64,000 nt of DNA, taken from positions 51,398,001 through 51,462,000 of the forward strand of contig JBNRSN020000026.1 of NCBI GenBank assembly GCA_051313645.2. The letters are read 5' to 3'. Of the stretch, positions 50,907 to 63,909 are shown piece after piece. The notes under the pieces are model-generated. The model saw nothing but the letters and a program-made list of their open reading frames with translations, was not told where the DNA came from and did no database searches. This DNA comes from Centroscyllium fabricii. Lineage: Eukaryota. Each line of letters starts with the position of its first letter. Position 1 is the stretch's first letter. Position numbers and translations under genes: made by a program.

Positions 50907-53031
50907 GAATCTAGAATTGGCTGATACCGGGTCTATTCTTGCAAACTGGCTGGCTATCTGACATCGCCGATCTGAATATTTAACTTTTCTCTTATTTATT
51001 TATTATTATTATTATTTTTTTGCACAGCATAAAAGCCAACCGATGATATAAAAGCGCGTTGCTGGCCGTCAGCTTTTTAAACATTCTGTTCTACGCCCCT
51101 TTGCCATTTGCCATTTTGCGAAAAGATCCCAAACTATTCAGAAAATCTCGCCTGACAATCACAACCCTCGGTTGGTTGTTCAATAACGGGCAGATTTTGT
51201 TCCTGAGATCTCAGAACAAGCTAAGCACGGAGCAGCCTGACGCCCGGCGAGAACAGGTGAATAAAGCCACAATTTTCGACGTGTAACGCGGACAGAACTC
51301 GAATGCTTGTAAATCGAAACATTTTTTTTTTAAACTCCTGTATCGAAGCATGTTCCCTTATATCCATACTTTGTCGAGCTTTCAGTACTATTTTTAAATT
51401 GCTTTGTAAAATAAAAGAACGCTGCGGGGTGTAGTCGGTATTTAACAATTTTTGCCTTCTAGCGGTCCGTAATTACCACTGATCTGTGCAGCATGAATAA
51501 ACCCCTCATTGTGAGCAGCTCGTTCCGTTCCCGACGTTGTCTTTCTCCTGCTGAGAAGATGATTTGCAGCCTTCCAAATGTACCAGGACGGCCATTCAAA
51601 CCCAGCCAAAGAAAGGATTTTCAACGAAAGGAGAGGCGAGCTGTTAAATAGTTAATGACATAACAGGTGCAACCGGCTTACGAAAATTGGGGATTATTTT
51701 CGCGATTTTGCTTGCTTTCAATTTTTACCTCATATTGCAAAAGCACTGGGCTCGAGGCGAATTGGAAATATTATTCATTTCCAATCCGAAGCTTGTTGAT
51801 TGCGACACACACTTTATATAAAAGGTTATTGAAATGAAGTCTAGCCTTTCTTTAGAGTGAGGATGATATAATGCCGGTTATTTACATTGACGGGATAGTA
51901 ACCAAAATACAGCAAGGATTGTGTATTCAGAAGCAACAGCATCTTCCTGTTTACATACACGCTCTCTGTTGACCATTCTGTAGCTTAATGTTGTGTTGCT
52001 TACCCTCAATAAATACATTCGTGTTATACACATGAAGCATACTGTGCGTCTCCTTTTTAAAATAGTGTTTGCAAAGTTTTTTTTTTATATGAGTCTAGGT
52101 TAGATGTTAACCAGTACTTTGCGGATCCCCCTGATACTACTCGGCGCTTCAGTTTGATTTTACGGTTGGAGGTGTATCCATTTAATCTGCGGTTATATAA
52201 ATTTAATCTGCGGGTGCATTTGTTTAATCGAGGGGTACAACGAGCAGCGTTGCTTGACGTTTTAATGGATTGGAAGAATTCACATTTTCCACTGAACAGC
52301 CATCAGCAAAACAAAAATCAGCCTCCTCTCCTGTCCAATCTCGCCGACAATTATTCTGATCTGGAGAGAGAGGGTGCAATTGGCAAATCGTGCACACGCA
52401 CATAGCTGGCAATGCCTTAAACTGCCCCTCACCTTCATAAACCACACGGACACAATTTGAGGTGTACAGACATTTGCCTTTCCAGCCTGTTCAACTCCGT
52501 TTCACACAAAAGACATTTGATTTGATCCTGGACTGAACACAGCACAGTGGGTGTTTTTCCACCACATTTAGCAACTATTCCCCAAGACATGTCTGGTGGG
52601 TTAATAACGATCAAAAGTGCCATACCTCCCCTTGTGCCCAGATGCTGTTTGTGTCCATGCGGTAGCGAATGATGTTAACTCGCCAAATAACTTGTAGTAC
52701 AATGTGTTATGTAAACAAGTAATCAGAAGACTGTGAAAGTTAAAGCGTTGGGAGAGTTTCCATTTGCCAGTCATGGGAGCTTTAGAGGAAGTTTAATATT
52801 GGTGCAATTTGATTTAAAATTCTCGATCCTTCCTTCCATTTGGGGCCAAAATATATTTTGACTGAATAAATGAAAACGCGGAGAGTATGGACTGCAAATC
52901 TCGGCTACGTTAACATGCTTCACAACTGCAGTGCAATCTGAGCACTTAATTCTCTTGGAGAAACTTTAGATGGAAGGTCATTTCTGCAGAACAGTTGTCA
53001 TGTTCTTTGCATTAAGCAGGTATAATCGTTT

Positions 53032-53140
53032 CGATAACAAAATACTGGGGATGCTGGAAATCCAAAACATCAACAGAAAATGCTGGAAAAATCCAGCAGT
53101 TCAGGCAACACCGATGCTGCCTGAACTGCCGAGTTTTTTC
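53032..53140. mobile_element. Second Penelope-type family, short fold-back
   Basis: AGAAAATGCTGGAAAA arm; TSD CAGGTATAA(T/C)CGTTT. Confidence 0.6.
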
Positions 53141-54078
53141 CAGGTATAACCGTTTGTTTGATTACATCCAACCAACACGAGGGCACTGGTATTGTCGTTT
53201 TCGTGTAAGATTCATACACCCAGTGTTAGTCTAACACGCGAAATACAGCGATACATCTCAACATTAGGCCATGGTCTTAACTGTTCCCTTTAAAAGCTAT
53301 TCAACCAATAATTCCACCGCTCGTCCTGCATATGATATCGAATAGAAGGATATTGCGATACTAATGCATCGATTTTAAAATCTATGTCTGACACAAGAAG
53401 AAAACAATTTGCGAAATGCAAACTTGCTGCAATAATTAAGGTCAATTTTGAACCATGATGGCCGGCTACACCGCTTCATCGTTATTCCACTTTATGTTTG
53501 TTTTGGACATGGTTTTAAAGGTAAAATCAGTGTTCACGCGATAAACTTGCTTCTGTACGTTTCCTGCAAGGGCAGGGCGACATCCTGGAAACGTCTGGTC
53601 TCGTCCAATTGGTACATTTAGGACTTTTACATACAGTTTGGAAACGCATCCGCTTTTTTGAACGACTTACGGAAGACATGTGTAACTTCATTTAATAGTT
53701 AATAGCTTATGATGCCAAAACAAGTAGAAACCCAAGCACTTTAAAAACAATGTGGCGTTCAATCCAAAATTACTGAATAGATTGGAAGAATAAAGTAAAG
53801 TTTGAGGTGAGAACGTGTGGCCGAAAAAGTTAAGGAACATATTAAATCAGTAATTGTAGACAAATATCTTCCAGAAATGTTCGTTTGTACTTTATGAACT
53901 GTTCTGGTGAGTTAAAAAAAACTTTAAAAGACGAACTTTTAATAGTTAATATTCGCTGACTAATTTAGTGGAACAGCTATTATGACAATTGTTGCAAGTC
54001 CGCTGCCCTGAATAAGTCCATTCTTAATCGCAAATCAATTGTACGTCCCAGCTTGGAAGTGTATTCCAATATAAATTT

Positions 54079-54225
54079 ATGCAAGAAGTCACACAACACC
54101 AGATTATAGTCCAACAGTTTTATTTTAAATCACTGATTTAAAATAAAACTGTTGGACTATAATCTGGTGTTGTGTGACTTCTTGCATTTGTCCACCCCAG
54201 TCCAACACCGGCACCTCCACATTAT
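54079..54225. mobile_element. Minimal fold-back Penelope-derived element (hammerheads lost)
   Basis: Perfect palindrome centred at ~54133; TSD AATATAAATTTA. Confidence 0.85.
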
Positions 54226-55238
54226 GAATATAAATTTACATATACAATTGCTCACAAACTTTGGTTTTCCAGTTAAAAGCATGAAGGCAGCTTCAGAGAG
54301 ACGATTAATTTACTTTTGCTGATCCAGGTAGACTAGTTTTTACCAAGTCATTAAGCCGTCGTTAACAGTCTAATTTGAACACATATCCTCGAGTTATGAT
54401 GCTATTGAAGGGATTGTAGGAACATGCAATCACATTAGGTAGCAACGTAAATACCTTGGCCCAGATATAGGGGACCTATACAAATGCACTGAATATCAGC
54501 ACAGCATTCCCCCAAAGCATGCTCTATATAGTATATTTTATCACTTTCCTTTAAGCTAAAAACATTAAAAGGAGACACTGTTTCGTTGTTGGAAGTTGAA
54601 ACATATTTTCGCAAGCATTACTTGTATATGTTGGTTCTTTAATTTTGTTAGACTTTGTTGGATTTGCAAAACATAAATGTAAAATGCTGGATTAGCAAAT
54701 CGTGCAGCGCAGGACGTAAATCATTTTGGTGACAATTCAAAGTGGTTGTCATAACACGGAGAAGCACCGAGAAAAGGAAAGGTACCCTCTTTTAAAAGCT
54801 ATAATTATGGATACAGGACGAACAAAGGCGAGCCCTGGAGCCATGCATTGGAGGCAGAGGCTTCAATGCGGAGTAATCGGAGGAGAGGAGCTCCAATAAC
54901 TAGACATGGGAACGTCAGAGCAGACATCCAGGCGTCGCAACACCCCCACTGCACGACTTAGAAACGAATTAATACGTTTTAAATACAAGACCAACAAGCA
55001 GGGTGTAAGATAAGCATAAATATCTAAATGTCCTATTCAGATCCACTAAAGGAACTGGACTTGTTGATTGCTGGGCAGAGTCTTAATTCACCAAACCAGA
55101 ATCTGCTCTTTAATTAAGATAAATATGGTTTATATTGCCAGAGTCAAGTTAAAGTGGGCAACCTTGGCTTAAGGAAAATTAATGAGTTTGACTATGATGA
55201 CACGGAAAAAATGCATAGCAGCCGCTTTGTTCCAACTA

Positions 55239-55489
55239 CAAGAAGTCACACAACAGATTATAGTCCAACGGTTTTATTTTAAATCACGAGCTTTCGGAGC
55301 TTCTGCCCCTTCGTCAGGTGAAAGAGAGTCTGACGAAGGGGCAGAAGCTCCGAAGCTTCTCTTTCACCTGACGAAGGGGCAGAAGCTCCGAAAGCTCGTG
55401 ATTTAAAATAAAACCGTTGGACTATCATCTGGTGTTTGTGTGACTTCTTGCATTTGTCCACCCCAGTCCAACACCGGCACCTCCACATT
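55239..55489. mobile_element. Fold-back Penelope-derived element with duplicated hammerhead segment
   Basis: TSD TTGTTCCAACTA; CTGACGAAGGGGCAGAAGCTCCGAA occurs twice on + and once on -. Confidence 0.85.
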
Positions 55490-57728
55490 ATTGTTCCAAC
55501 TAGAAAGTCTCTTCCCTGTTTGACTTTGCTGCAATACACCCAATAGGCAGGATGCACTTATCTGGGCTGATTGCATTGAACTCCAAACTAAATAACCAGA
55601 ACACCCGGATTTTACACTTGTCCATCTATGCATACAAATTTACACCTTGGCCGCGAATAACCCAAATTTAAGCTGTCGTTAAAATTGATAATCTCTAAAT
55701 AATTATCTGTTTTAGTTGCTTGCTTTGTGAAAAGTGAACTTTGTACATGAAATATTCTTTTAAAACGTGCCCTTTGTTTTAAACTACTTTGACATTCGTA
55801 TTTTCATAAATGTATAATGGCAATCTAGGTTGCCCACATGTATTAGTAAAACTGGTTAACTATGCCATACTACTCATTATAAAAATACAGATTTAAAATT
55901 CGTAAAACTAAAACCGTAATCGTTATTGCAGCCTTTTGAACACTGCACTTTATACAGTAACACATCTGATAAATCGACACTTAGCTGACACGGTGGTCAG
56001 AACTTTTTTCCCGACTGTGAGTTAATGCCATGAACAGAATTTTACCTGAAAAGCAGATTTTCTACAGTTGGAAGATGAAAGAGGGGCACTGAGCTAAACA
56101 GGTGACCGATTCAACCACTCCACAAACCTGAGCCAAAGACAAACATTTGAACCGGTTTGGGTAGGAATGTTAGTTCATCCACAGAATAATGCTCAAAACC
56201 AATTGGGGACTTTTTCACCTCAATATAGCGGAAAATACAAATTGGAATTTGACAAATAGAATCCAATTATCCGAACCATTAAACGAGTCTTTGCCTGTGA
56301 ATGAGAAAACACATTTAATTAGAGTTCTTATTGCTGATTTTAGGCGGTTGAATTACTATCAGTCTTCAGTCCGTTCACTTACTTTTCGGTACTGGATTTT
56401 TTAAACAGTGGTTTTTACGATTACAGACGAGAACATATCTTAATCTGACTATTAAACCGACTAGGGTTTGTTTTATTTGTGTTGGGGGGGGGGGGGGGTC
56501 GAGATTGGTAGACATTCAAATTAATCGCCATGCACGTTCTGGCTCTGACACTTCGGATTTGGCCAGTGCTGCTCTCAGCAACAATGATCTTTTCCTGATG
56601 GCACAAAAATGACTATAATCGCGACTGGATTAGTTTGAACTATGTAACAGCTACACACAAAGAGCAGCTGGGCTTCGCGACGATTAAAAAAAATAAATAA
56701 AAGGCTCTTCAAATTCAATGGGCATGATCGGCCCCCATCTTGTGAGACAGGCTGAGTTTGCATTGACTCATTCAAAAAGACCGGAGCTGAATGCCCAGAT
56801 ATCATTTCGTTACTTTCTGCACTCACAACCTATATTCAGGGAAACTCGAATTGCGGATAAGCTGTTTAAAATAATGGCTGCTACCTCATCACTTGCATTT
56901 TCATTCGGTAATTCCGTGTCACCCAAAAGTCCCAAATCTTAATTTGTATTTTTAATAACACCAAACACGAGCCACACACCAAAGACCACAACGACTGTTG
57001 TTTAGCATATCATATTATTTAATGTTTAATTTTCTGCTTCAAATAATGGAGCGCTCACAATGGTTTTGTTAACCTTAACGTATTATTAACATTAATGTAT
57101 TGTTCACCTCCTAATCAGCACTTTTGATCTGTAGTTTACAAATAACAGCCCATAAGCAAACATATAATCAAATTCGAGTTTCAATTCGTGCACAAAAAAA
57201 AAGAATCTAAACACAACACAGCTTCCTCCTTTAAATGAGCGCGCACTCGCGCCTATTTGCGAATACAAAGATGAGCCTGATGTTTCTGCGGCTCAATTTG
57301 GAAAGACAGTGCGGTTTCTCTTCCGTTTGTGGTACTGGATGGTGGCCAGCTCGCACATAACCACGGGATGTGTTTAAGCTTGCAGGTTTTGGAAAGAATT
57401 TGCACAGAGCTGGATGGCGACAGGAAGGACACTAAATGCTCTGGTTCCTGGGCACATGCGTCCCTCGTTTCAGAACCACTCTTGCTCCCGCCATTTATCT
57501 CCTGATGAGGCCAAATTGCTCTGTTGCCTTGGCTGCTTACAGAAGCGAATGGCAGAGGGGGGGGAGGGGGCGGGAGAAGCCGAGAGAGTCGACCGAATTA
57601 AAGGGGGGGGGGGCAGTCCCTGATGAACACAATCTACTTCTGCTCCCAATTCAATTCAACTCAATTCATTATAGCAAAACACTGCGGATGTTGGAAATCC
57701 GAAATAACAACAGAAAATGCTGGAAAAA

Positions 57729-57958
57729 AATGTTCCCTCGAAGCGGTGTGCGCGCGCGTGCACACGTGTTATGCAACCAGTGCACAAAGTAAATTAAACT
57801 GCGCACCAAAAAATTGAGATATACGCCAAAATTATCTTAATTTCACGTTTACATGCGCTCAAGAATTCAGTGCGCACATATTTTTTTGTCACTGGGACAA
57901 ATTTGCACAGCTTAACATTTTTGTGCAGATAGACCATTTAAAATGAAAGGGAATGTTG
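57729..57958. mobile_element. hAT-like MITE nested in a Penelope-type arm
   Basis: AATGTTCCCTC...AGGGAATGTTG ends; flanks rejoin as GGAAAAA|CTCAGCAGG. Confidence 0.5.
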
Positions 57959-58028
57959 CTCAGCAGGCCAGGCAACATCCGTGGAGAGAAATATAGAGTC
58001 GACGTTTCGGGTTAACCCGAAACGTCGA

Positions 58029-58785
58029 CTCTATATTACTCTCCACGGATGTTGCCTGGCTCTATATTACTCTCCACGGATGTTGCCTGGCTCTATATTA
58101 CTCTCCACGGATGTTGCCTGGCTCTATATTACTCTCCACGGATGTTGCCTGGCTCTATATTACTCTCCACGGATGTTGCCTGGCTCTATATTACTCTCCA
58201 CGGATGTTGCCTGGCTCTATATTACTCCACGGATGTTGCCTGGCTCTATATTACTCCACGGATGTTGCCTGGCTCTATATTACTCCACGGATGTTGCCTG
58301 GCTCTATATTAGTCCACGGATGTTGCCTGGCTCTATATTACTCCACGGATGTTGCCTGGCTCTATATTACTCTCCACGGATGTTGCCTGGCTCTATATTA
58401 CTCTCCACGGATGTTGCCTGGCTCTATATTACTCTCCACGGATGTTGCCTGGCTCTATATTACTCTCCACGGATGTTGCCTGGCTCTATATTACTCTCCA
58501 CGGATGTTGCCTGGCTCTATATTACTCTCCACGGATGTTGCCTGGCTCTATATTACTCCACGGATGTTGCCTGGCTCTATATTACTCCACGGATGTTGCC
58601 TGGCTCTATATTACTCCACGGATGTTGCCTGGCTCTATATTACTCCACGGATGTTGCCTGGCTCTATATTACTCTCCACGGATGTTGCCTGGCTCTATAT
58701 TACTCTCCACGGATGTTGCCTGACTCTATATTACTCTCCACGGATGTTGCCTGGCTCTATATTACTCTCCACGGATGTTGCCTGG
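58029..58785. repeat. 31/29-bp minisatellite CTCTATATTA(CT)CTCCACGGATGTTGCCTGG, ~25 copies
   Basis: Tandem array within the right arm of a Penelope-type hairpin. Confidence 0.97.
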
Positions 58786-60418
58786 CCTGCTGATTTTTCC
58801 CCAGCATTTTCTGTTATTTCTGCTCCCATTATAGTTCATCTTGTTTGTCCCCAGCCCTACATCGAATTTACCGTTATTAATACTGGAGTCACATTTTTTC
58901 TTCTTTGCAGTTTCACTTTTCAAGATGTTGCATTTGATGGCTTGCGTGCTAATATTTCTGAAGGCAATTATGTCCATAAATAGGACGAGTGTCTAATTAT
59001 TAAATGGAAGAATAAATGGCACAGGGCCAGACCAGCACACTGCTCGTGTAGTGCGTTCTGTTGCTGGATGGAAGCTTTGGGATTCGTTGGTTACCTTTCT
59101 CTGCACCAGAGTTCCAATCTTGGTGTGTGTGTGTTGGGCAGGGAACACTTTTAGAATCAAGTTTAAAAAAAAGACAAATTAAATCTCAAGTATGTCTGTG
59201 ATATTCGTTCACTGGTAACTCGTGCAATATTACTGCAATTTCAATTACGTTGAATAGAAAGATGGAAAACGGGTTCAATGAGCTAGGCTGCTCTTAATCG
59301 CCTTAGATACAAAATAAAATGTCGCTAAGACGGCGTTCTGGCCCTTGGTTGGTCCAACGCGTCTTCGCTAGTCAACTTTGTCAAATGAATCCAGCCTTAT
59401 TTTGGTTCGGTGAAGGTTTTAGTTCTCATTAGGGATTGTCCTGTGAATTCATCAAGAAACATGTTTTTTTTATATATATAAAATGCAACTGGGAATGTGA
59501 AAATGTGTCTTCAAAAGCAAGCAAAGAACCCAACGAATATCTCCGAGACAATAGCAACGGTAAAAAAAAAGCAGCTTTGATCAGTATAATAAAGCACTGT
59601 ATGGGAGGAAAAAGAGAAATCTAATCAAAAGCTCAATTACAGGTCGAGACGGGCCTTCCTTTCAATGTTTGTACCGCTGCCCGGCTCTGCCAGTAAATGG
59701 AGAGCGGATTGTACACCTATCCCGAAAAATTGTGTACATCTCATCTGGGTGTTCGCTTTCCCCTCGACATAAGGGGGGGGGGGGGGGGGGGTGGCTATTC
59801 AGGTCAAAGTCCCTGCCACAAACAAGCACAATGAGCACGAAACGTCCATTGACCTTGAAATTCCAGCGACATTGGATGATTGATGAGCCAGCCTGTGCTG
59901 CCGGGGTGCTCAGTTTTGCAGCATCAAGCGGAACATTTGCACCTCAGCCCGTTTCATTTTCCAACCTCCACACGCCGTTTCTGAAAATGATGGCTCGAAA
60001 CTTCAGATTCCCGCGTCAGAACATAATATCCTCGTGATTTTTACTCCACCTGCCTGGTTGGGCTTTCTGACAGCGCACCCTGTCCCGATGCCCCCCCCCC
60101 CCCCGCCCCCATCACCCTTTCGCTTCCCTTTCTATTTTAAGCAGATGCAACATGAGGGCACGCGTTTCGCGCAGAGCAGTAGATGGTCAGCAGCAGATCA
60201 AACACGGGAATTGGAATTTCCGATATTCACATTTGCGTTCAGTCTTCGGGCAGAGACTGACCTGCAGCCACCTTAGACTTCTGCCCACTTCTGCAATTCA
60301 CCAACTATCCGTTATTCTGTACAGAGAGAGAGAGAGAGAGAGGAGTGCGAGAGTGGATCATTAAACATGGTCCCTTCTGTGCAGAACTGCACTCAACACC
60401 AGCAGCGGAAAAGGCAGA

Positions 60419-60812
60419 ATAGAAACATAGAAGATAGGAGCAGGAGTAGGCCATTCGGCCCTTCGAGCCTGCTCCGCCATTCAATGAGATCATGGCTGAT
60501 CATCCAAACCCAGCACCCTGTCCCTGCCTTGTCCCCATATCCCTATCGAGCCTGCACCGACACACATCCCACGCTATCCCCGTAACCCCACATATTCAAT
60601 CACCCTAACACTAAGGGCCAGTTTATCCTGGCCAATCAACCTAACCCGCACATCTTTGGACTGTGGGAGGAAACCGGAGCACCCGGAGGAAACCCACGCA
60701 GACACGGGGAGAATGTGCAAACTCCACACAGATAGTACCCGAGGCTGGATTTGAACCTGGGTCTCCAGAGCTGTGAGGCAACAGTGCTAACCACTGTGCC
60801 ACCGTGCCGCCC
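60419..60812 (-). mobile_element. HE1/V-SINE, full length
   Basis: tRNA head, V-core, CR1 tail. Confidence 0.9.
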
Positions 60813-62375
60813 GGATGTTTCCCATGCACATCAGTGACCAGCACGGGCACATCCAAATTGTGATGATTGGTCCAATGTGTCCTGAAACAAAACCCCATCC
60901 AATTGGCGCTTACTAGATTCACATGATTCCTCGAAGCAATTCCATCGTGCTATTCCAACATCACTTATTAATTGTTTGTGTGCCGCAATGAGCTACCTCA
61001 CCTGTATAGGTAATCATTTAGGTGGAGATGTCAATGGTCCGTGCGAATCAGTGTTTTTGAAGTTAAACGGACACATATACTCCCTCCAAACTAAGTAGGA
61101 TCTCATGCAAGTTGCCAATATTTTATATTTTCCACACTTCACACTGCATAAGCTAAAAAGTCAGTAGCCACGAATAAAGGCCCTGAAATTCAGAATAGAC
61201 GATATTTGAATCGTTAACTGCTAATTGAATCCAATGCACTGATTATTTGAATTGAAAATACATTCTCCTCATTTTAATCAACCTATACTACACTATGGTT
61301 AATTTTCTTAATTAATCCTCAGATAATAAAAGCTTAACAAAAATAGTCACAACTCAAATTTTGACTTTTGAGTAACTATTTTGGGTATAATTGCTTTAGC
61401 TTATTTAATATTTTCAAAGCATATTCCATTTTCATACCAGTTGAATACATTTAACAGAAAATATAATTCATATCCAGGTATATTATTAATAAGGTCATAT
61501 TCGCTCATGTCTTTTGAAGATTGATACATGCTATTTTTGTTCGTTAAATACATGGTAATTTATAAATTAATACAGTACCTCTGTATTTCTACAGTAATGG
61601 ATGGATTTAGAATTGTATTTGAGCAGATTCACAGGGATTAAAAATTCAGCTGGGGGTGTAATGATTGGATAAGAATGTACATAACATAACTTAGATTACA
61701 AATAGTTTGTTACATAGAGAATGACATATACATTGTGATGATTACAAGAGAGTAATGTGATTCGGCAATTTAGTTGACATAAACCACAAATGTGAAACTT
61801 AAGCACGTTGATCATTCAAACACCTTAGACTAGCCTTAAGATCGCAACAGAGCATCTCATTATTCTGTTGATATATTATGAAGTTTGTCAGTGATTTTAT
61901 TCAGTTCTGTATCCTTTTTGCTTGCAGTGGCTTTGTGGCATAGGTGATGAGATTCACATTAAAGGTTAATGACTGTGACCTGATCACTACAAGCTCATTG
62001 AGAAACATGCAGTGAATTACAGGGGAAAAACAAGGTGAATATCTGTATATATTAATTTATACCAGTTTTTATGTTTTTTTAAATCAGTGGGGCTCTGCTG
62101 TCCAATCAAAAGAATCAATTTACTATCAAAAACTTAGTGAAAATTAGATTGTACAGACACTTTTGAGTCACTGAGAGGCAGTTTACATCTTGCAGGGAGG
62201 CATAAACGGTCACAATATAACTCTGCAGCCAGGTTGTGATCTGATGGGAGCGCAGTGATGTGAAGCCTCCCTCTTGGGGCCTATCTACTTCGACTGGACA
62301 CAGCATGAAGTAGAACTCCAGTGCAGTGTCAAGTTGGGTTTCAGAAATGCTCAGGGGTGCAAACACTGGATGACC

Positions 62376-62671
62376 TAATAATAATAATAATAATAATTCA
62401 ACTTTATTGTCATTATACAATGTACAAGTACATGAACAACGAAATGTGATCTTGCAAGCTCCCAAGAGTCCAGCAAAGCCGCTGCGTCGGTGCGCGCCGC
62501 CATTCCATCTTTCCATCATTCCGACAATCTTCAGCCAACCGCCCCTCCCCGGGGCTCCTTTCGTGACCTTCTGCACCTGGTATTCCCTGGTGGTCACCCA
62601 TCCAAGTACTAACCAGGCCTGGCTCTGCTTAGCTTCCAAGCCTTGCCAGTGACCCTGTCCCTAGTCCCAGG
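62376..62671 (-). mobile_element. 5S rRNA-derived SINE (SINE3), intact copy
   Basis: A box AGCTAAGC, C box TGGATGGG, (ATT)n tail, possible GACCT TSD. Confidence 0.85.
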
Positions 62672-62812
62672 ACCTGAGCACCTTCTCAACTGAAATATTT
62701 TTAAAAAATGCTTTGAGAGTGTGGATCCAGTCTAACCATGTCGATCCAGTCTTATCCACTTAGCCTCTTTATACAGCTTTCAAAATACTTTTCCCCTATT
62801 TTACTTAAGATA

Positions 62813-63215
62813 TGGGCGGCATGGTGGCGCAGTGGTTAGCACTGTTGTCTCACAGCACTGGAGACCCGGGTTCAAATCCAGCCTCGGGTGCTATCTGTGT
62901 GGAGTTTGCACATTCTCCCCGTGTCTGCGTGGGTTTCCTCCGGGTGCTCCGGTTTGCTCTCACAGTCCAAAGATGTGCGGGTTAGGTTGATTGGCCAGGA
63001 TAAACTGGCCCTTAGTGTTAGGGTGATTGAATATGTGGGGTTACGGGGATAGCGTGGGATGTGTGTCGGTGCAGGCTCGATAGGGATATGGGGACAAGGC
63101 AGGGACAGGGTGCTGGGTTTGGATGATCAGCCATGATCTCACTGAATGGCAGAGCAGGCTCGAAGGGCCGAATGGCCTACTCCTGCTTCTAGTTTCTATG
63201 TTTCTATGTTTCTAT
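62813..63215 (+). mobile_element. HE1/V-SINE, full length
   Basis: tRNA head, V-core, CR1 tail. Confidence 0.9.
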
Positions 63216-63467
63216 ATACAGAATTAGTACATTATTTTTTTTCTTTGGTCAGAGTTTGTTATAAAAAGTTTTAACAACAGGGGATTTGAACGCTGATGAT
63301 GGCAGGTACAGAAGCTCTCTTCAATCAAGCAAAAGATTCTGGACAGAAATCGAGACTCTAGCACAGAAGTCGGGGAGACCATGGGCAGACCAGGAATTTG
63401 ATTGACAGTGATTTCATCATTGCAATTTAGTAAATGTCAGTTTTTGGGTGGAAATTCAATAAATATA

Positions 63468-63718
63468 TAAGAACATAAGAAATAGGAGCAGGAGTTGGCC
63501 AATCGGCCCCTCGAGCCTGCTCCGCCATTCAACAAGATCATGGCTGATCTGATCCTAACCTCAAATCTACTTTCACTCTCAATCCCACCCAAACCCATGT
63601 GATCACCCGGGAGAGGCGAAAAACCTGATAAAAAACCCATTGGCCAATTTGGGAGAAAAAATCTGGGAAATTCCTCTCCGACCCTTCTAGGCGATCGAAA
63701 CTTGTCCAGGAGATCACA
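63468..63718 (-). mobile_element. CR1-tailed short retroelement fragment
   Basis: CR1 tail 63468-63555 joined to a GTGATC...GATCAC-bounded segment. Confidence 0.5.
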
Positions 63719-63909
63719 TTGCTGATGTAATTAGTAATTTTGATATCCAGGATTTTATCCCTCATAATCAGTAAAAACTGAAAGTTATGTGAAGGATGCT
63801 TTCTATCTTTTGGTGTGATATATTTATACTACTTGTGCAACACTGAAAATAATGAATGAAAAATGATGGGACTTCCATATCAGGTCAATTTTTGATCAGT
63901 ATATAGATA

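Noticed and set aside
58029-58785. CRISPR-like repeat length
   Set aside because: No unique spacers, no cas genes, vertebrate context
57981-58983. Long ORFs of 124-290 aa
   Set aside because: Products of a stop-free 31/29-bp tandem repeat
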